Counted from the stretch's first letter, positions 25,463 through 36,060 are shown. The stretch: 64,000 nt of DNA from an uncultured bacterium (GCA_937900255.1 CALCDZ010000003.1:127149-191148), one strand, 5' to 3'. Program-made: numbers and translations. The notes: a model not told the origin generated them from the letters alone.

Positions 25463-28400
25463 ATGTCCACCTTCACCCACCTCCACACCCACTCCCACTA
25501 CAGCCTCCTCGAGGCCTTGCCTCAGGTCGACAAATTGGTGAAATTCGCCAAGAAACAGGGGGCGAAGGCGGTGGCGCTGACGGATAATGCCAACATGTTC
25601 GGGACGATCGAGTTCGTGCAGGAGTGCCAGAAGGCGGAGATCAAGCCGATCATCGGGTATGACGCCTACGTGGCGGTCGAGACGATCGACCTCAAGCGGC
25701 ATCGCATCGACGACAAGAACACCCGCTTGGTGCTCCTGGCCGAGAACATGGAGGGGTACAAGAACCTGATGAAGCTAGCGTCGGCGGCGTATTTGGACGG
25801 CTTCTACTATCGCCCGCGCATCGATCGCAACCTGCTGCGCCAGTACGGCAGGGGGTTGATCGCCTTGGCGGGGCCCCGCAGCGACATCGGCAAGTGGCTG
25901 ATCGACGGCGACGACGAGAAGGCTGAAGCGCGGCTGCGGGAGTATCTGGAGATCTTCGGCAAGGAGAACTTCTTCTTCGAGCTCGTCCATCAGCCGGACA
26001 GCCCCACGCAGAAGGAGGTGAACGATGCGTTCATCGCGCTCGGCAAGAAGGCCGGCGTCGGGGTGGTGGCGTCGCGGAACGTCTACTACCTGCGGCCGGA
26101 GGAATCCGAAGCGCGCAGCCTGCTCCTGTGCATCAAGGACAACCGCACGATGGAGGAGCGCGAACGGTCGGTCGCGGCCGACAACGACCTTTCGATGACC
26201 TCGCCGGAAGAGATGGAAGAGGCCTTCAAGGACGTCCCGGAGGCGCTCGAGAATAACGCGCGCATCGCGGAACGCTGCGACGTGAAGCTGGAGCTCGGCA
26301 AGTGGAACTTCCCGGTCTATGAGATCCCCGACGGCCTCACGGCCATCGAGTACCTGCGCAAGATCGCCTTCGAGCGCCTACCGCTCCTTTTGAAGCGCGA
26401 GCTGGATCAGAAGGAGATCGACCGCCTGAACTACGAGATCGACATCATCGAGAAGAAAGGCTACGCCACCTACTTCCTGGTGGTGGCCGACTACGGTTCA
26501 TGGGCCCGCAAGCAGGGGATCGTGCTGACCACGCGTGGATCGGCCGCCGGTTCTCTCATGGCGTACGCCATCGGCATCGTCACCGTGAACCCGCTCGACT
26601 ACAACCTGCCGTTCGAGCGCTTCCTGAACCCGCAGCGCCCGTCCGCGCCCGATGTCGATATGGACTTCGCCGACCATCGACGCGGCGAGGTGTTGGAATA
26701 CGTGAAAGGCAAGTACGGCGCCGACCACGTGGCCCAGATCTGCACCTTCGGGACGATGGCGGCGCGCGCTTCGATGCGCGACGTCGGCCGCGCGCTCGGG
26801 TACCCGGTGGCCTTCTGCGACCAGATCGCCAAGACCATCCCGTTCGGCCAGCAGGGCTTCGCCATGACGATCGACCGCGCGCTCGCCGAGACGCCCGACT
26901 TCAAGCGCCGTTACGACACCGAACCGGAAGTGAAGCGTCTCGTGGACTTGGCCAAGCAGATCGAAGGCAACGCGCGGCACTGCTCGGTGCACGCCGCCGG
27001 CGTCGTGATCTCCGACAAGCCGCTCGTGGAGTACACGCCGCTCCAGAGGGAAGCAGGCGGCGAGGCCATCATCACGCAGTACGAGATGCACGCGGTGGAA
27101 GACGCCGGCGTCCTCAAGATGGACTTCCTCGGCATCCGCAACCTTTCGATCCTGGAATACGCCATCGATCTCGTGAAGCGCACCAAGGGCGTCGAGGTCG
27201 ACTTGGTGCACATGGATTTGAAGGACAAGAAGACCTTCGAGATGCTGGCCGCCGGCAAGACGATGGGCATCTTCCAGCTGGGTGGCTCCGACGGCATGAC
27301 GCGCTTCCTGATGCAGCTCAAGCCGACTGTCATCGAGGACATCATGGCCATGGTGGCGCTCTACCGCCCGGGCCCGATCGACATCATCCCGGAGTTCATC
27401 AGGCGCAAGCAGAACCCGAAGCTGATCACCTACCTGGACCCGCGGATGAAGGACTACCTGCAGATGTCCTACGGCATGCTGGTGTACCAGGACGACGTGC
27501 TCATGACCGCCATCAACCTGGCGGGCTACGACTGGCTGGAAGCCGACAAGTTCCGCAAGGCGATGGGCAAGAAGATCCCGGAGGAGATGGCCAAGCAGGA
27601 GATCAAGTTCAAGGAAGGCTGCATCGCCCACGGGCTGACGCAAGCCAAGACCTTGGAGCTTTGGGAGCTGATCAAGCCGTTCGCGGCCTACGGCTTCAAC
27701 AAGGCGCATGCCGCTTCCTACGGCATCGTGGCCTACCAGACGGCCTACATGAAGGCCAACTTCCCGGCCGAATACATGACGGCCCTCATGACCGCCGAAT
27801 CCGGCGACCTCGACACCGTGGCCGAGGCGGTGAAGGAGTGCGAAGCGCTCGGCATCGCCGTGCTGCCGCCTGACGCAAACTCGAGCGAAGCCGGCTTCAC
27901 GTACATCGATGACCACCGGATCCGCTTCGGTCTCAGCACCATCAAGGGGCTGGGCATCGACACCGTGAACGCCATCATCGAGGAACGCAAGGCGGGCGGT
28001 TCCTTCAAGGACTTGTCCGATTTCGCGCGGCGTATCCCCGGCAAGGCCTTCAACAAGAAGTCGCTCGAATGCTTGGCGAAGTCCGGCGCGCTCGACGCCT
28101 TCGAGGAGCGCAACCGCATCGTCGAGAACATCGACGTGCTCACCACCTACAACAAGAACATGATCAAGGAGCGCGACAACGGGCAGTCCTCGCTCTTCGC
28201 GTTCGTGGTGCCGGACGGGACCGAACTCGTGCCGATGCTGGGGCTGCGCAACGTGCCGCCGGCCACCCGCAAGCAGAAGCTGGCGTGGGAGAAGGAACTG
28301 CTCGGGCTCTACGTCAGCGCGCATCCGTTCGAGGAGGTCGCCAAGGAGTTCGGCGACCTGCTCATGCCCATCAGCAAGGCGCTCGCGCTTCCGGAGAAGT

Positions 28401-28975
28401 CGCCGATCCGCGTGGGCGGCACCGTCACTTCCGTGAAGCAGATCGTCACCAAGAAGAGCGGAGAGCCGATGCTCTTCGCCACCATCACCGACCAGAGCGG
28501 TTCGGCCGAATGCCTGGTCTTCCCGAGCGTCTTCAAGGAGAACGGCGCCGCCTGGGTCGAAGGCGCCAACCTGGCGGTGACGGGGCGGCTTTCGCGCAAG
28601 GACGACGAACCGAAGTTCCTGGCCGACCGCGGCTGGTCGCTGACCGACGAGACGATCCCGGTCTACAAGAAGCACTTCAAGGGCGAGGCGATCAGTTCCG
28701 GCGAGATGCTGGACATGCACCGCCCCAAGGCGCGGGCTACCCAGGGCGAAGTGCGCATCAGCCTGCCTTCGAAGCTGCCGCCGTCAGCCGTCTCCGCCCT
28801 CAAGGCCGTATTGGCCAAGTTCCCCGGCAAGGCGCTCGTGACGCTCGACGTCCGCGCCGAAGGCGGTTTCCAGCGCGTCGAGACGTCGTTCCTGATCGAC
28901 CCGAGTCCTGACGCCGTGGCCGCCATCGAGAAGCAGGTCGGTATGGGCAACGTGAAGCTCTACCCCCCAGCCTGA
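25463..28975 (+). CDS. dnaE: DNA polymerase III alpha subunit
   Basis: 1170 aa. PHP domain (HLHTHSHYSLL), polymerase core, OB-fold C-terminus. Confidence 0.95.
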   Translation: MSTFTHLHTHSHYSLLEALPQVDKLVKFAKKQGAKAVALTDNANMFGTIEFVQECQKAEIKPIIGYDAYVAVETIDLKRHRIDDKNTRLVLLAENMEGYKNLMKLASAAYLDGFYYRPRIDRNLLRQYGRGLIALAGPRSDIGKWLIDGDDEKAEARLREYLEIFGKENFFFELVHQPDSPTQKEVNDAFIALGKKAGVGVVASRNVYYLRPEESEARSLLLCIKDNRTMEERERSVAADNDLSMTSPEEMEEAFKDVPEALENNARIAERCDVKLELGKWNFPVYEIPDGLTAIEYLRKIAFERLPLLLKRELDQKEIDRLNYEIDIIEKKGYATYFLVVADYGSWARKQGIVLTTRGSAAGSLMAYAIGIVTVNPLDYNLPFERFLNPQRPSAPDVDMDFADHRRGEVLEYVKGKYGADHVAQICTFGTMAARASMRDVGRALGYPVAFCDQIAKTIPFGQQGFAMTIDRALAETPDFKRRYDTEPEVKRLVDLAKQIEGNARHCSVHAAGVVISDKPLVEYTPLQREAGGEAIITQYEMHAVEDAGVLKMDFLGIRNLSILEYAIDLVKRTKGVEVDLVHMDLKDKKTFEMLAAGKTMGIFQLGGSDGMTRFLMQLKPTVIEDIMAMVALYRPGPIDIIPEFIRRKQNPKLITYLDPRMKDYLQMSYGMLVYQDDVLMTAINLAGYDWLEADKFRKAMGKKIPEEMAKQEIKFKEGCIAHGLTQAKTLELWELIKPFAAYGFNKAHAASYGIVAYQTAYMKANFPAEYMTALMTAESGDLDTVAEAVKECEALGIAVLPPDANSSEAGFTYIDDHRIRFGLSTIKGLGIDTVNAIIEERKAGGSFKDLSDFARRIPGKAFNKKSLECLAKSGALDAFEERNRIVENIDVLTTYNKNMIKERDNGQSSLFAFVVPDGTELVPMLGLRNVPPATRKQKLAWEKELLGLYVSAHPFEEVAKEFGDLLMPISKALALPEKSPIRVGGTVTSVKQIVTKKSGEPMLFATITDQSGSAECLVFPSVFKENGAAWVEGANLAVTGRLSRKDDEPKFLADRGWSLTDETIPVYKKHFKGEAISSGEMLDMHRPKARATQGEVRISLPSKLPPSAVSALKAVLAKFPGKALVTLDVRAEGGFQRVETSFLIDPSPDAVAAIEKQVGMGNVKLYPPA

Positions 28976-29039
28976 AGGCCGCCCGCTTTTTCGGCCCTGC
29001 CGCGCGTGGTATAAAGAGAAGGAATCACTCCACCACCCT

Positions 29040-31307
29040 ATGGCCACCGCTGCACGACCGATGGAAATAACGCCCGAAGACTCCGGAAGGTTCGGCGCGG
29101 TCGGAGTCGCCGAATTGAGGAGATTGGCCGACCGTTATACCGAGGCCGAGCGCGCGCGCGCCGTGCATCCCGATGATGCGGACGCCGAACTCGGGCTGGA
29201 AATCGCCGCCCTGGAGCAGCAGCTGTTTTTCGTCGAGCACGACAACGCCGGCGCGTTCAAGACCAAGAAGCTCGGTCGTCGCATCCAGGAGCTGTTCAAG
29301 CCCGGGCCCGACGGCAGGCCTGCGCTCGGCTTCGACGAGAAAGGCGACCTGCAGGTGGCGGAATCGCAAGCCGAACGCCGCTTCCTCTTGGTTAACATGG
29401 GCGAACTCGACCGCTTCAACAAGGAGGGCGGAGGCCATGCGGCAGGGGACGCGGCGCTGACGGAGACCGTGCAGGCGATCGAACGCGTCGTCGCCGAAGC
29501 GGTCAAGGGCAAGGAGGGCGCGGAAGCCGAATACGACATCTACCGCTTCGACGGCAACACCTTCGCCGTGGACTTGGCATCGATGCCGCTCGCGGAGTTC
29601 GCCAAGCTGGTCGGCGAAATGCAGAAGGCCGAACCGAAGCCGGAGATGCCGGGCGTGACCGACCCAGCGCCGCTCACCGTCCGAGGCATCGATTTCCGTG
29701 ACGCGGTCGGACTGGTCAATCACCTCCAGGCGGAACTTCCGGCCGGAGTCAGGATCGACACCTCCGACGAAGCCGCACGCGAGATCTTCGGCATGCTGCG
29801 CCGCGCGTCCGATTGGGACCTCGAGGCCGCCAAGTTCGAACAACGCGCGCTTCGCATGAAGAGGAAGCTGTCCGACGTCGATGCCGAGGCGTTTTTCGAC
29901 AACTACATCAAGAAGTCCTTCCAGGACACGGAACTCTCTTCGTTCGATGCCTTCAGGCGCGCGGCGCAGGCGCCGGATTTCCAGGCGACCGTCGATCGTC
30001 TCGCCATCGGCCATGCCGAGAAGCGCTTCGCCGACGGCAGGAACGTCGAAGACCAGATCCAGGAGATGATTTCCGCGCGCGCGCGCGAACGCGGCATCCC
30101 GATGCCTGGGATTGAGGCCCCTTCTGACGGCCCTCATGCTCAGGCCGAGCCGTTCTCGCACGGCAAGCGGCTGCTCGCGGAGAAGGCCGAGGCCGCCGTC
30201 GCGGCGAAATCTGCCGCCGCGCGCGCGGGCGAAGGACCTGAGGCACGGCGCTTGGCGCTCCTGGCCAGCAAGGCCGAGCTGGAATCCCAGATCGAATCGG
30301 CCCGGCGCGACGCCGGTACCGGCCTCCTGAACCGCGGCATGCACTACGAGAATCTCGAACGCGCGCTCGAACAGGGCCGCGATGTCGCCGTCGTGTTCGT
30401 CGACATGGGCTTCCTGAAGTACTTCGACCAGATGGGCGGTTCGGACGTCGGCGACGCCGCCTTGGACGTGGCCGCGCGCATGATGGAGCAGGCGCTGTCG
30501 GAATCGGGCGTCAAAGGAGAAGTCTACCGCTACGGCGGCGACGAGTTCACTCTCCAGGTGGAAGGCGGCGCGGAAGCGGCTTCCAAGGCCATGCGCGCGC
30601 TCGAAGACCTCCGCAAGGCTTCCGAACCGATCCCTCGCACGGCCAAATCCCGGGCGGAATACGCGCCGACGCGCCTTTCCTTCAATTATGGCCTCTCGGA
30701 TGGCGCCATGCTCGACGAGCTCTACCGTGCCTCCAAGGCCTCCGAAGCGGCTCCGGAAGGGGAGCAGGTCGACGCTGAAAAAGTCCTGAACGCCAAGGCG
30801 GAGCTGATGACCAAGGCGGCGGACGTCGGTATCGAGTACAACAAGGCCTACTCCCGCTTCATGCTCCTGATCGAGGAGCTGCGGAATCCGGATTCGACGA
30901 GTCCCGAGCGGAAGCGGCAGCTCGATTCGTTGATCAGCTTCTCGAACAAGGCGCTGTTCGCCGAACTCGGGGGCGCAGATCACCTCCGCACCCTTGCGGC
31001 CGATCTTTCGCTTGAAGGCGATGCCTTGGAGGAGGCCGTGCTCGATTACGTGGTCGAAAAGGTCAACGAGACCCGCGCGCGGGAGAAGGGGCAACGGGAA
31101 CTGGTGGATGTCCTCCTGGCCGCGCAGACCAAGGTCTCGTTCTTCAAGGCGCGCGTCGAAAGCTTGGAGGCGGAGAACGCGAAGCTCAAGGATGAGAACC
31201 GCGGGCAGGTGCTGAGCCTTGCACGGGCACGCGAACAGAAGGACGCGGCGGAAAGGGAAAAACAGGAGATCATCGACGCGCGGAACCTCATCGGCCGCGC
31301 CGCTTGA
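29040..31307 (+). CDS. cytoplasmic tandem GGDEF-domain protein: first domain degenerate (RFDGNTF in place of GGDEF), second canonical (RYGGDEF); C-terminal coiled coil
   Basis: 755 aa. Two nucleotidyl-cyclase-like modules with the characteristic LVNMGELDRFN / FVDMGFLKYFD metal-site segments. Confidence 0.8.
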   Translation: MATAARPMEITPEDSGRFGAVGVAELRRLADRYTEAERARAVHPDDADAELGLEIAALEQQLFFVEHDNAGAFKTKKLGRRIQELFKPGPDGRPALGFDEKGDLQVAESQAERRFLLVNMGELDRFNKEGGGHAAGDAALTETVQAIERVVAEAVKGKEGAEAEYDIYRFDGNTFAVDLASMPLAEFAKLVGEMQKAEPKPEMPGVTDPAPLTVRGIDFRDAVGLVNHLQAELPAGVRIDTSDEAAREIFGMLRRASDWDLEAAKFEQRALRMKRKLSDVDAEAFFDNYIKKSFQDTELSSFDAFRRAAQAPDFQATVDRLAIGHAEKRFADGRNVEDQIQEMISARARERGIPMPGIEAPSDGPHAQAEPFSHGKRLLAEKAEAAVAAKSAAARAGEGPEARRLALLASKAELESQIESARRDAGTGLLNRGMHYENLERALEQGRDVAVVFVDMGFLKYFDQMGGSDVGDAALDVAARMMEQALSESGVKGEVYRYGGDEFTLQVEGGAEAASKAMRALEDLRKASEPIPRTAKSRAEYAPTRLSFNYGLSDGAMLDELYRASKASEAAPEGEQVDAEKVLNAKAELMTKAADVGIEYNKAYSRFMLLIEELRNPDSTSPERKRQLDSLISFSNKALFAELGGADHLRTLAADLSLEGDALEEAVLDYVVEKVNETRAREKGQRELVDVLLAAQTKVSFFKARVESLEAENAKLKDENRGQVLSLARAREQKDAAEREKQEIIDARNLIGRAA

Positions 31308-31346
31308 TGGCTCGCGGCACGGAAGCGTGCTATACTTGGTGCAGCT

Positions 31347-32909
31347 ATGTCGCCTAGGAGGAAAAAGGCGGAGAGCGGGGAGCCGGAGACGTCCGACCAG
31401 GACGCGACCGGATCCGTGCCGAAGCCGAAAAAAACACGAGCGACGCGGAAGAAGGTCCCGGCGAAAGACGCCGAGGCCTCGATTGACGTCCAGGTTCCAG
31501 CCCCGACCGTTCCGACGCCGACCTTCGGCGCCCCGATCCCTCCACGGCAGCCGGTGAACATCCCGATCAAGCCCATCCCGCAACAGATCGTCGTGCCGCC
31601 GAGGATCGTCATCGAGCCGGAAGTGAACATCGCCGAGGAGATCGAGGATCTCTGGAGGCCAGAAACCCGAAAGGCCGACCTGACGGCTCCGCCTTCGGCG
31701 CTTTTGCAGCGCAAGAAGATCCCGCAAGAGGAAGTCGAGGACGTCCCCGAGCGACCGGAGGGGGCCGAAAAGCGCGGCGATGAACGCGAAGCGCTGCGCG
31801 GCACCATCCGGACCGGGCTGTACCGAAAGATCGCCATCGGTTTCGGGTTGCCGGCGGTCATCGTCGGCGCCCTCGTCCTTTACGTCCTCCTGGCTGGCGC
31901 GACCGTCACCGTCTATCCGCAGCAAGCGGAAATCAGGTCCGAACAGGACCTGACGGTTTCGGCTTCGCCTCGGCAAGGCGAAGTATCGGGCCAGGTCGCG
32001 GAAGTCACGGTGAGCGGTTCGCGTACCCAGATTCCGGCCGATTCGACCCGTACCGACGGCGTTTCCGGCGGGGAAGTGACGATCATCAACCAGACCGGAA
32101 ACGACCAGGTCCTGATTCCCACCACCCGTCTTTTGACTTCGGATGGGACGCTGTTCCGGATCAAATCCAGGGTGAACGTGCCGGCGCATGGGCGGATCAA
32201 GACGCGCGTCTACGCCGACAAGCCTGGAGCCTCCGGCGATATCGGGCCGTCGGCGTTCACGATCCCCGGGCTTTCGGCCGATCTTCAGAAGTCGATCACT
32301 GCCCAGAGCGAGTCGCCCATGACGGGCGGTGTCGTCGCGAGCGGCGTGCTTTCGCAATCGGATATCGACAAGGCCGAAGCGGACTTGCGGGAGGAACTCC
32401 TCGGCCAGGCCAAGGATGAGCTGGCCGCTTCGCTCGATCCGAAATGGACCGGCCAGGCGTACGTGGCCGAGACCATGAATCGGGCGGTCAGCGCGGCGGT
32501 CGGGGAGACGTCCGACGGCGTCACGGTGCGCCTGACGCTGCGCGTCCGCGCGGCCGCGTTCGACCGGATGAAGGCGCTGGCATTCGCGGCCGACGGCCTG
32601 AAGCGCGGCTTGACCTCCGAACGGGAATTGCTCGGGACGGACGCCGAACACGCGGAATTCAGCCTGTCTTCGGCCGACCCCAAGGACGGCAGCGCCGGCC
32701 TGCACGTCCTCCTGAAGGGCAAATCGCAAGTCTCCCTGAACGGCCCGGCCTTCGACCCCGGCAAGCTCAAAGGGAAGAGCCTTTCCGCCGTCCAGGAATA
32801 TTTCTCCGGCATCGAAGGCGTCCAGAAAGTCGACGTCGCCTTCCGCCCCTTCTGGATCAAGCGCATGCCCGACCTGCCAGACCATATCAGGATCGTCTTC
32901 CACAAGTAG
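31347..32909 (+). CDS. hypothetical single-pass membrane protein with basic disordered N-terminus and large extracytoplasmic domain
   Basis: 520 aa. TM helix IAIGFGLPAVIVGALVLYVLLAG. Lies immediately downstream of the GGDEF gene. Confidence 0.6.
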   Translation: MSPRRKKAESGEPETSDQDATGSVPKPKKTRATRKKVPAKDAEASIDVQVPAPTVPTPTFGAPIPPRQPVNIPIKPIPQQIVVPPRIVIEPEVNIAEEIEDLWRPETRKADLTAPPSALLQRKKIPQEEVEDVPERPEGAEKRGDEREALRGTIRTGLYRKIAIGFGLPAVIVGALVLYVLLAGATVTVYPQQAEIRSEQDLTVSASPRQGEVSGQVAEVTVSGSRTQIPADSTRTDGVSGGEVTIINQTGNDQVLIPTTRLLTSDGTLFRIKSRVNVPAHGRIKTRVYADKPGASGDIGPSAFTIPGLSADLQKSITAQSESPMTGGVVASGVLSQSDIDKAEADLREELLGQAKDELAASLDPKWTGQAYVAETMNRAVSAAVGETSDGVTVRLTLRVRAAAFDRMKALAFAADGLKRGLTSERELLGTDAEHAEFSLSSADPKDGSAGLHVLLKGKSQVSLNGPAFDPGKLKGKSLSAVQEYFSGIEGVQKVDVAFRPFWIKRMPDLPDHIRIVFHK

Positions 32910-32915
32910 GCGACG

Positions 32916-32937
32916 GCCCCGCTCCGGCGGGGCTTTT
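32916..32937 (+). terminator. intrinsic terminator (GCCCCGC-TCCG-GCGGGGC + T4)
   Basis: 7-bp perfect stem 6 nt after the stop. Confidence 0.65.
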
Positions 32938-32984
32938 CGATTCCGCCTGCATTTGCTACAGTCCCTCCGTAAAAAGAAACTCCT

Positions 32985-34817
32985 ATGGCCGCCAAGAAAC
33001 CCTCCGAATACGACGACGTGGACCGGATGCGCCACTCGGCCGCCCATCTGCTGGCAGCCGCCGTCATGAAGATGTTCCCGGACGCCAAGCTGGGCGTCGG
33101 CCCCGTCATCGAGAACGGCTTCTATTACGACATGCAGCTGCCGCGTCCGCTCACGACGGACGATTTCGCGGAACTGGAAAAGACCATCTCGCGCCTGAAG
33201 GCGGAAAACATCGACTTTCGGCGCGAGGAGATGCCGATCGATCAGGCTATCGAGTTCTTCAAGTCCCGCGGACAGGATTTCAAGGTCGAACTGCTGACGG
33301 ACCTCAAGACGCGCGGCACGACGGCCATGAAGGAGGAGGAATCGCAGGATGTCGCTCCCGGAGCCGCCGCTTCGGTCTACTGGACCGGGGATTTCGTCGA
33401 TCTCTGCCGCGGCCCGCACGTGAAATCCACGGGCGACGTCGGCGCGGTCCGGATCAAGAGCGTGGCCGGCGCCTATTGGCGCGGCAAGTCGGAAAACGCC
33501 CAGATGCAGCGCGTCTACGGCTGGGCCTTCCCGTCCCAGGAGGCGCTCGACGCGCACTTGAAGATGCTGGAAGAGGCGGAGAAGCGCGATCACCGCAAGC
33601 TCGGTAAGGAGCTCGGACTCTTCACGTTCTCCGATCTGGTCGGCCCGGGCCTTCCGCTCTGGACGCCGCGCGGCACCCTGATCCGCGAACTGCTGAACGG
33701 TTATGTCGGAGAGCTCCGCAAGGCGCACGGCTACCAGCGCGTGACCATCCCGCACATCACCAAGAAGGACCTGTACGAGACCTCCGGCCACTGGGCGAAA
33801 TACGCCGAGGACCTCTTCAAGATCGAGACGCGCGAGGGACATCTCTTCGCCATGAAGCCGATGAACTGCCCGCACCATGCGCAGATCTTCGCCGCCGAAC
33901 CACGCTCGTACCGCGACATGCCGGTACGGTATGCCGAGACGACCATGGTGTACCGCGACGAGCAGTCCGGCGAGCTCTCCGGGCTGTCGCGCGTGCTGTC
34001 CATCACGCAGGACGACGCGCACGTCTTCTGCCGCATGAGCCAGGTGCGCGATGAGGCCGAAAAGGTCTGGTCGATCATCGAGACGTTCTACCGGACGTTC
34101 GGCTTCGAGTTGAGCCTGCGCCTGTCGCGCCGCGACCCCCTCCACCCCGAAAAATACCTCGGCGACCCGGGCGACTGGGAGCGGGCAGAATCCTCCTTGC
34201 GCGAGATCCTCGACGCGCACGGAGTCGAATGGATCGATGGCCCGGGCGAAGCTGCTTTCTACGGGCCGAAGATCGACTTCATGGCCAAGGACTCCATCGG
34301 CCGCATCTGGCAGGTCGCCACCATCCAGCTTGACTTCAACCAGCCGCGCAGCTTCGGCCTCTCCTGCACCAACGAGAAAGGCGAGAAGGAACCGATCCTG
34401 ATGATCCACTGCGCCGTGATGGGATCGATCGAGCGTTTCATGAGCGTCATCCTCGAGCACTTCGCCGGCGTCTTCCCGACGTGGCTCGCGCCCGTCCAGG
34501 TGGCGCTGCTCCCGGTGGGGGAACGGCATCGCGATGCCTGCCGCGCCTTGCGGGACAAGATGGAAACGCTCGGCGTGCGCGCCTGGCTGGACGCTTCGGA
34601 TGAATCGGTCGGCAAGAAGGTCCGCGGCGCCGAAAAGATGAAGATTCCCTACGGCCTCGTGCTCGGCGACAAGGAGATTCCGCCCGAAGGCGCCTGGGAG
34701 GACGGCGTCAAGCTGGCCGTCCGAGTGCATGGCACGAAGGATGCGGTGGAGATGACGCTGGGAGAGTTCCTCGGACGCGTCCGCCGGGAAGACGAGGAGC
34801 GGAGGCTCAGGGACTGA
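32985..34817 (+). CDS. thrS: threonine--tRNA ligase
   Basis: 610 aa. Second additional (editing) domain, class II core motifs, anticodon-binding domain. Confidence 0.9.
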   Translation: MAAKKPSEYDDVDRMRHSAAHLLAAAVMKMFPDAKLGVGPVIENGFYYDMQLPRPLTTDDFAELEKTISRLKAENIDFRREEMPIDQAIEFFKSRGQDFKVELLTDLKTRGTTAMKEEESQDVAPGAAASVYWTGDFVDLCRGPHVKSTGDVGAVRIKSVAGAYWRGKSENAQMQRVYGWAFPSQEALDAHLKMLEEAEKRDHRKLGKELGLFTFSDLVGPGLPLWTPRGTLIRELLNGYVGELRKAHGYQRVTIPHITKKDLYETSGHWAKYAEDLFKIETREGHLFAMKPMNCPHHAQIFAAEPRSYRDMPVRYAETTMVYRDEQSGELSGLSRVLSITQDDAHVFCRMSQVRDEAEKVWSIIETFYRTFGFELSLRLSRRDPLHPEKYLGDPGDWERAESSLREILDAHGVEWIDGPGEAAFYGPKIDFMAKDSIGRIWQVATIQLDFNQPRSFGLSCTNEKGEKEPILMIHCAVMGSIERFMSVILEHFAGVFPTWLAPVQVALLPVGERHRDACRALRDKMETLGVRAWLDASDESVGKKVRGAEKMKIPYGLVLGDKEIPPEGAWEDGVKLAVRVHGTKDAVEMTLGEFLGRVRREDEERRLRD

Positions 34818-34838
34818 ACCACGGGCGGAATCTCTCCC

Positions 34839-35738
34839 ATGCTTCCGAAGATCGTCGTCGTCGTCGGTCCGACGGCCTCGGGCAAGACGTCTTTCGCCGT
34901 CCGCTTGGCCAAGAAGATCGGCGGAGAGATCGTCTCGGCCGATTCGCGCCTGCTGTACCGCGGCATGGACATCGGCACGGCCAAGCCGGGCTTGGAGGAA
35001 CGGGGCGGCATCCCGCATCATCTGATCGATATCGTCCGTCCGTCCGGCATGCTGACCTTGTCCGGCTATCAGCGCCGCGCGTTCAGGGCGATCGGCGGCA
35101 TCCTGCGGCGCGGCAAGACGCCGATTCTGGTCGGCGGGACCGGACTGTACGTGCGTGCCGTCGTCGAGAATCTTAGGATCCCGGAAGTCCCGCCCGATCC
35201 GAAGTACCGCGCGTATCTGGAAAAGAAAGGCGCGGCGTGGATCCTTGCGAGGCTGGCGAAACTCGATCCGGAATACGCCGCACGCATCGGTCCGAATCCG
35301 CGTTACGCTTCCCGGGCCCTTGAGGTCATCCGGGCGACGGGAAAGCCTTTCGGGCGCCAACAAGGAGCGGGCAAGCGGAAGTTCGACGCCCTCCTGATCG
35401 GCCTCTATCCGGGCAAACCGGAACTGGAGCGGAGGATCGGTCTTCGCGTACGGCAGATGGCGGAGTCCGGTCTCCTGGACGAGGCGCGGTCATTGCATCG
35501 GCGTTATGGCGAAAAAAAGTCCGGCGCGCTTTGGACCGCTATCGGCTACCGGGAACTTCTCGGCGTCCTGAGGGGGGAGAAGGATCTCGAAGAGGCCTTG
35601 AAAGAGATCGTGACGTCGACTCGGCAGTACGCCAAGCGGCAAATGACCTGGTTCCGGGGGGTGAAGGGCATCGAGTGGTTCCCGCGCCCGGATGCGGCGC
35701 TCCGAAAGTCCATAATTTGGCTGAAACAAGGCAAATAG
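34839..35738 (+). CDS. miaA: tRNA dimethylallyltransferase
   Basis: P-loop VVVGPTASGKT at the N-terminus, 299 aa. Confidence 0.9.
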   Translation: MLPKIVVVVGPTASGKTSFAVRLAKKIGGEIVSADSRLLYRGMDIGTAKPGLEERGGIPHHLIDIVRPSGMLTLSGYQRRAFRAIGGILRRGKTPILVGGTGLYVRAVVENLRIPEVPPDPKYRAYLEKKGAAWILARLAKLDPEYAARIGPNPRYASRALEVIRATGKPFGRQQGAGKRKFDALLIGLYPGKPELERRIGLRVRQMAESGLLDEARSLHRRYGEKKSGALWTAIGYRELLGVLRGEKDLEEALKEIVTSTRQYAKRQMTWFRGVKGIEWFPRPDAALRKSIIWLKQGK

Positions 35739-35806
35739 AGGCGTTAGGCCTTCTCAAAAGGCTGATTTTCTGCTATGCTGAGCACAGAATTATTTTAATG
35801 CCCCGT

Positions 35807-35974
35807 ATGGAGCCCACCATGGGTTACTGCGTGAAGTGCAAGGACAAGCGCGAAATCAAGGATGCACAGGAGGTCCAGATGCCGGCGAAGGGCGGCAAGA
35901 CCCGACCGGCGCTCAAAGGCGTCTGTCCGGCCTGCGGGACCGGCATCTTCAAGATCCTGCCCTCCAAAGCCTGA
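35807..35974 (+). CDS. small zinc-ribbon protein (two CxxC pairs, 55 aa)
   Basis: MEPTMGYCVKCKDK..GVCPACGTG. Flanked by the miaA terminator hairpin and terminator 35979-36010. Confidence 0.5.
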   Translation: MEPTMGYCVKCKDKREIKDAQEVQMPAKGGKTRPALKGVCPACGTGIFKILPSKA

Positions 35975-35978
35975 ACGA

Positions 35979-36010
35979 TAAAAACCTCCCTGGCAGACGG
36001 GGAGGTTTTT
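35979..36010. terminator. bidirectional intrinsic terminator (A5-ACCTCCC-TGGCAGACG-GGGAGGT-T4)
   Basis: 7-bp stem with an A-run before and a T-run after. Confidence 0.6.
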
Positions 36011-36025
36011 ATGCACACGGAAGTC

Positions 36026-36054
36026 TTGCCGGTCCCCGTGCCTGTTGCTAGAAT
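36026..36054 (+). promoter_or_regulatory. strong sigma70-like promoter TTGCCG-17 nt-TAGAAT, with no protein-coding gene downstream on this strand
   Basis: Near-consensus hexamers with optimal 17-nt spacing. The next plus-strand ORFs are only antisense artefacts. Confidence 0.6.
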
Positions 36055-36060
36055 CCGGTA

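Noticed and set aside
29025-35363. 2112-aa ORF on the minus strand (largest in the track)
   Set aside because: Antisense across four independently supported plus-strand genes (GGDEF protein, membrane protein, thrS, miaA). Absence of stops is a GC-content artefact; the product is R/G/A/D-rich without motifs.
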